In this document: piece by piece, positions 63,191 through 64,000 of the stretch
Position numbering within the stretch: the stretch's first letter is position 1
How the letters are laid out: every line of letters starts with the position of its first letter
NCBI GenBank assembly: GCA_044892525.1
Contig: CM097885.1
Location: 222,146,001 to 222,210,000 of the forward strand
DNA length: 64,000 bases
Direction of reading: 5' to 3'
Origin: Schmidtea polychroa
Lineage: Eukaryota
Translations under genes and position numbers: made by a program
Notes under the pieces: model-generated
What the model saw: only the letters and a program-made list of their open reading frames with translations
Told to the model about the DNA's origin: nothing
Databases searched by the model: none

Positions 63191-64000
63191 AAGTAAAACT
63201 CAATATAATGGATCATACACGCCTCAAGCTCAATTTTCAAAAACATTTCAAAAAAACTATCGATTTTTTTAGATTATGAAACTTTTATATTTCGGAATTA
63301 GGTGTACTTAATAAATATATCTCACCAACTCGTGTGTATTGCTATAATTACGTGTGCAAAACATGTATGTTGCTCAATGGTGATTGGTTGATTATCAAAA
63401 ACTAATTTCCCTTTATAAACATTTGCAATCACATTTTTCATCTCAATTATTTTTCAACATTAAAAACTATACTCACGAATAAAAATGTCGTTTATTAAAA
63501 ATAATAGAAAATCCATCGTATTAAGAGAAAATGGTATATTTTTACTTTTATTTTTCTATTTATTAATATTTTATTTATTTTAGAAAGCAGGCAAGTTAAT
63601 GCCCAAATATTTCGGGTCAATAGAAATGGTATAATTATTATTAATATTACAATTTATCAATATTACTTTTTAGATTATTTTATCGGAGACTGGGTAGCCA
63701 TCACGGAAAATGAAAATTTGTTGGATTTATCCAATATAAATTCCAAAAATGGAAAATTATTTATATTTTGATTAATAAAAATTAAAAATTCATTTTAGGA
63801 AATACAAATAATGTCGATTTGGATATTTCACATCACATTTGTGTTTTTTACATTACACAGGCAACTGGAGCATACACATTTTTTGGGGATGATGATTATT
63901 GATGATGGTCCAGGAAATATTTATGCTCCAGCAGCTTTTTTTTTGTTCGAAAGGAAAGTTTGTTTGAAAAAAGAGTTTCGAGCGTATTTTGCATATAAAG

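Noticed and set aside
63560-64000. Multi-exon gene or Polinton protease at the window end
   Set aside because: Intron-like spacing is present but I could not build a consistent open frame or find a catalytic motif.
1-64000. tRNA or rRNA genes
   Set aside because: No cloverleaf with A/B boxes or conserved rRNA segments noticed by eye; a covariance-model scan would be needed to exclude them.

Overview
Very AT-rich eukaryotic (animal-like) genomic window with short 40-60 bp GT-AG introns and three N gaps. The organism is not identifiable from sequence alone; a compact, reduced invertebrate genome is an inference. Host genes are few: an RBM19/MRD1-like multi-RRM gene (6397-9364), two near-identical glycogen phosphorylase copies in opposite orientation (24777-27268 +, 34794-37285 -), an intronless class A peptide GPCR (46950-48023) and an intronless Cys/His-rich zinc-finger ORF (43223-44038). 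The rest is mostly DNA transposons and their debris (piggyBac, hAT, TA-flanked MITEs, a gypsy integrase remnant) and satellites. Two structures stand out. (1) A 5.5 kb Polinton/Maverick-like element (18571-24113) has AGTAGT...ACTACT termini, ~155 bp TIRs and a perfect 6 bp TSD. Its only visible gene is a protein-primed DNA polymerase B split by five or six host-sized, all phase-1 spliceosomal introns; a diverged pPolB relic at 49-50 kb lacks introns at two of those sites. (2) A ~22 kb fold-back palindrome (17256-39256) has an ungapped 11 nt centre loop at 29838-29848 inside another pPolB fragment. Its left arm alone carries a ~3.1 kb deletion, a hAT insertion and the Polinton insertion. A decayed Polinton major capsid protein gene lies near 62.4-63.2 kb.
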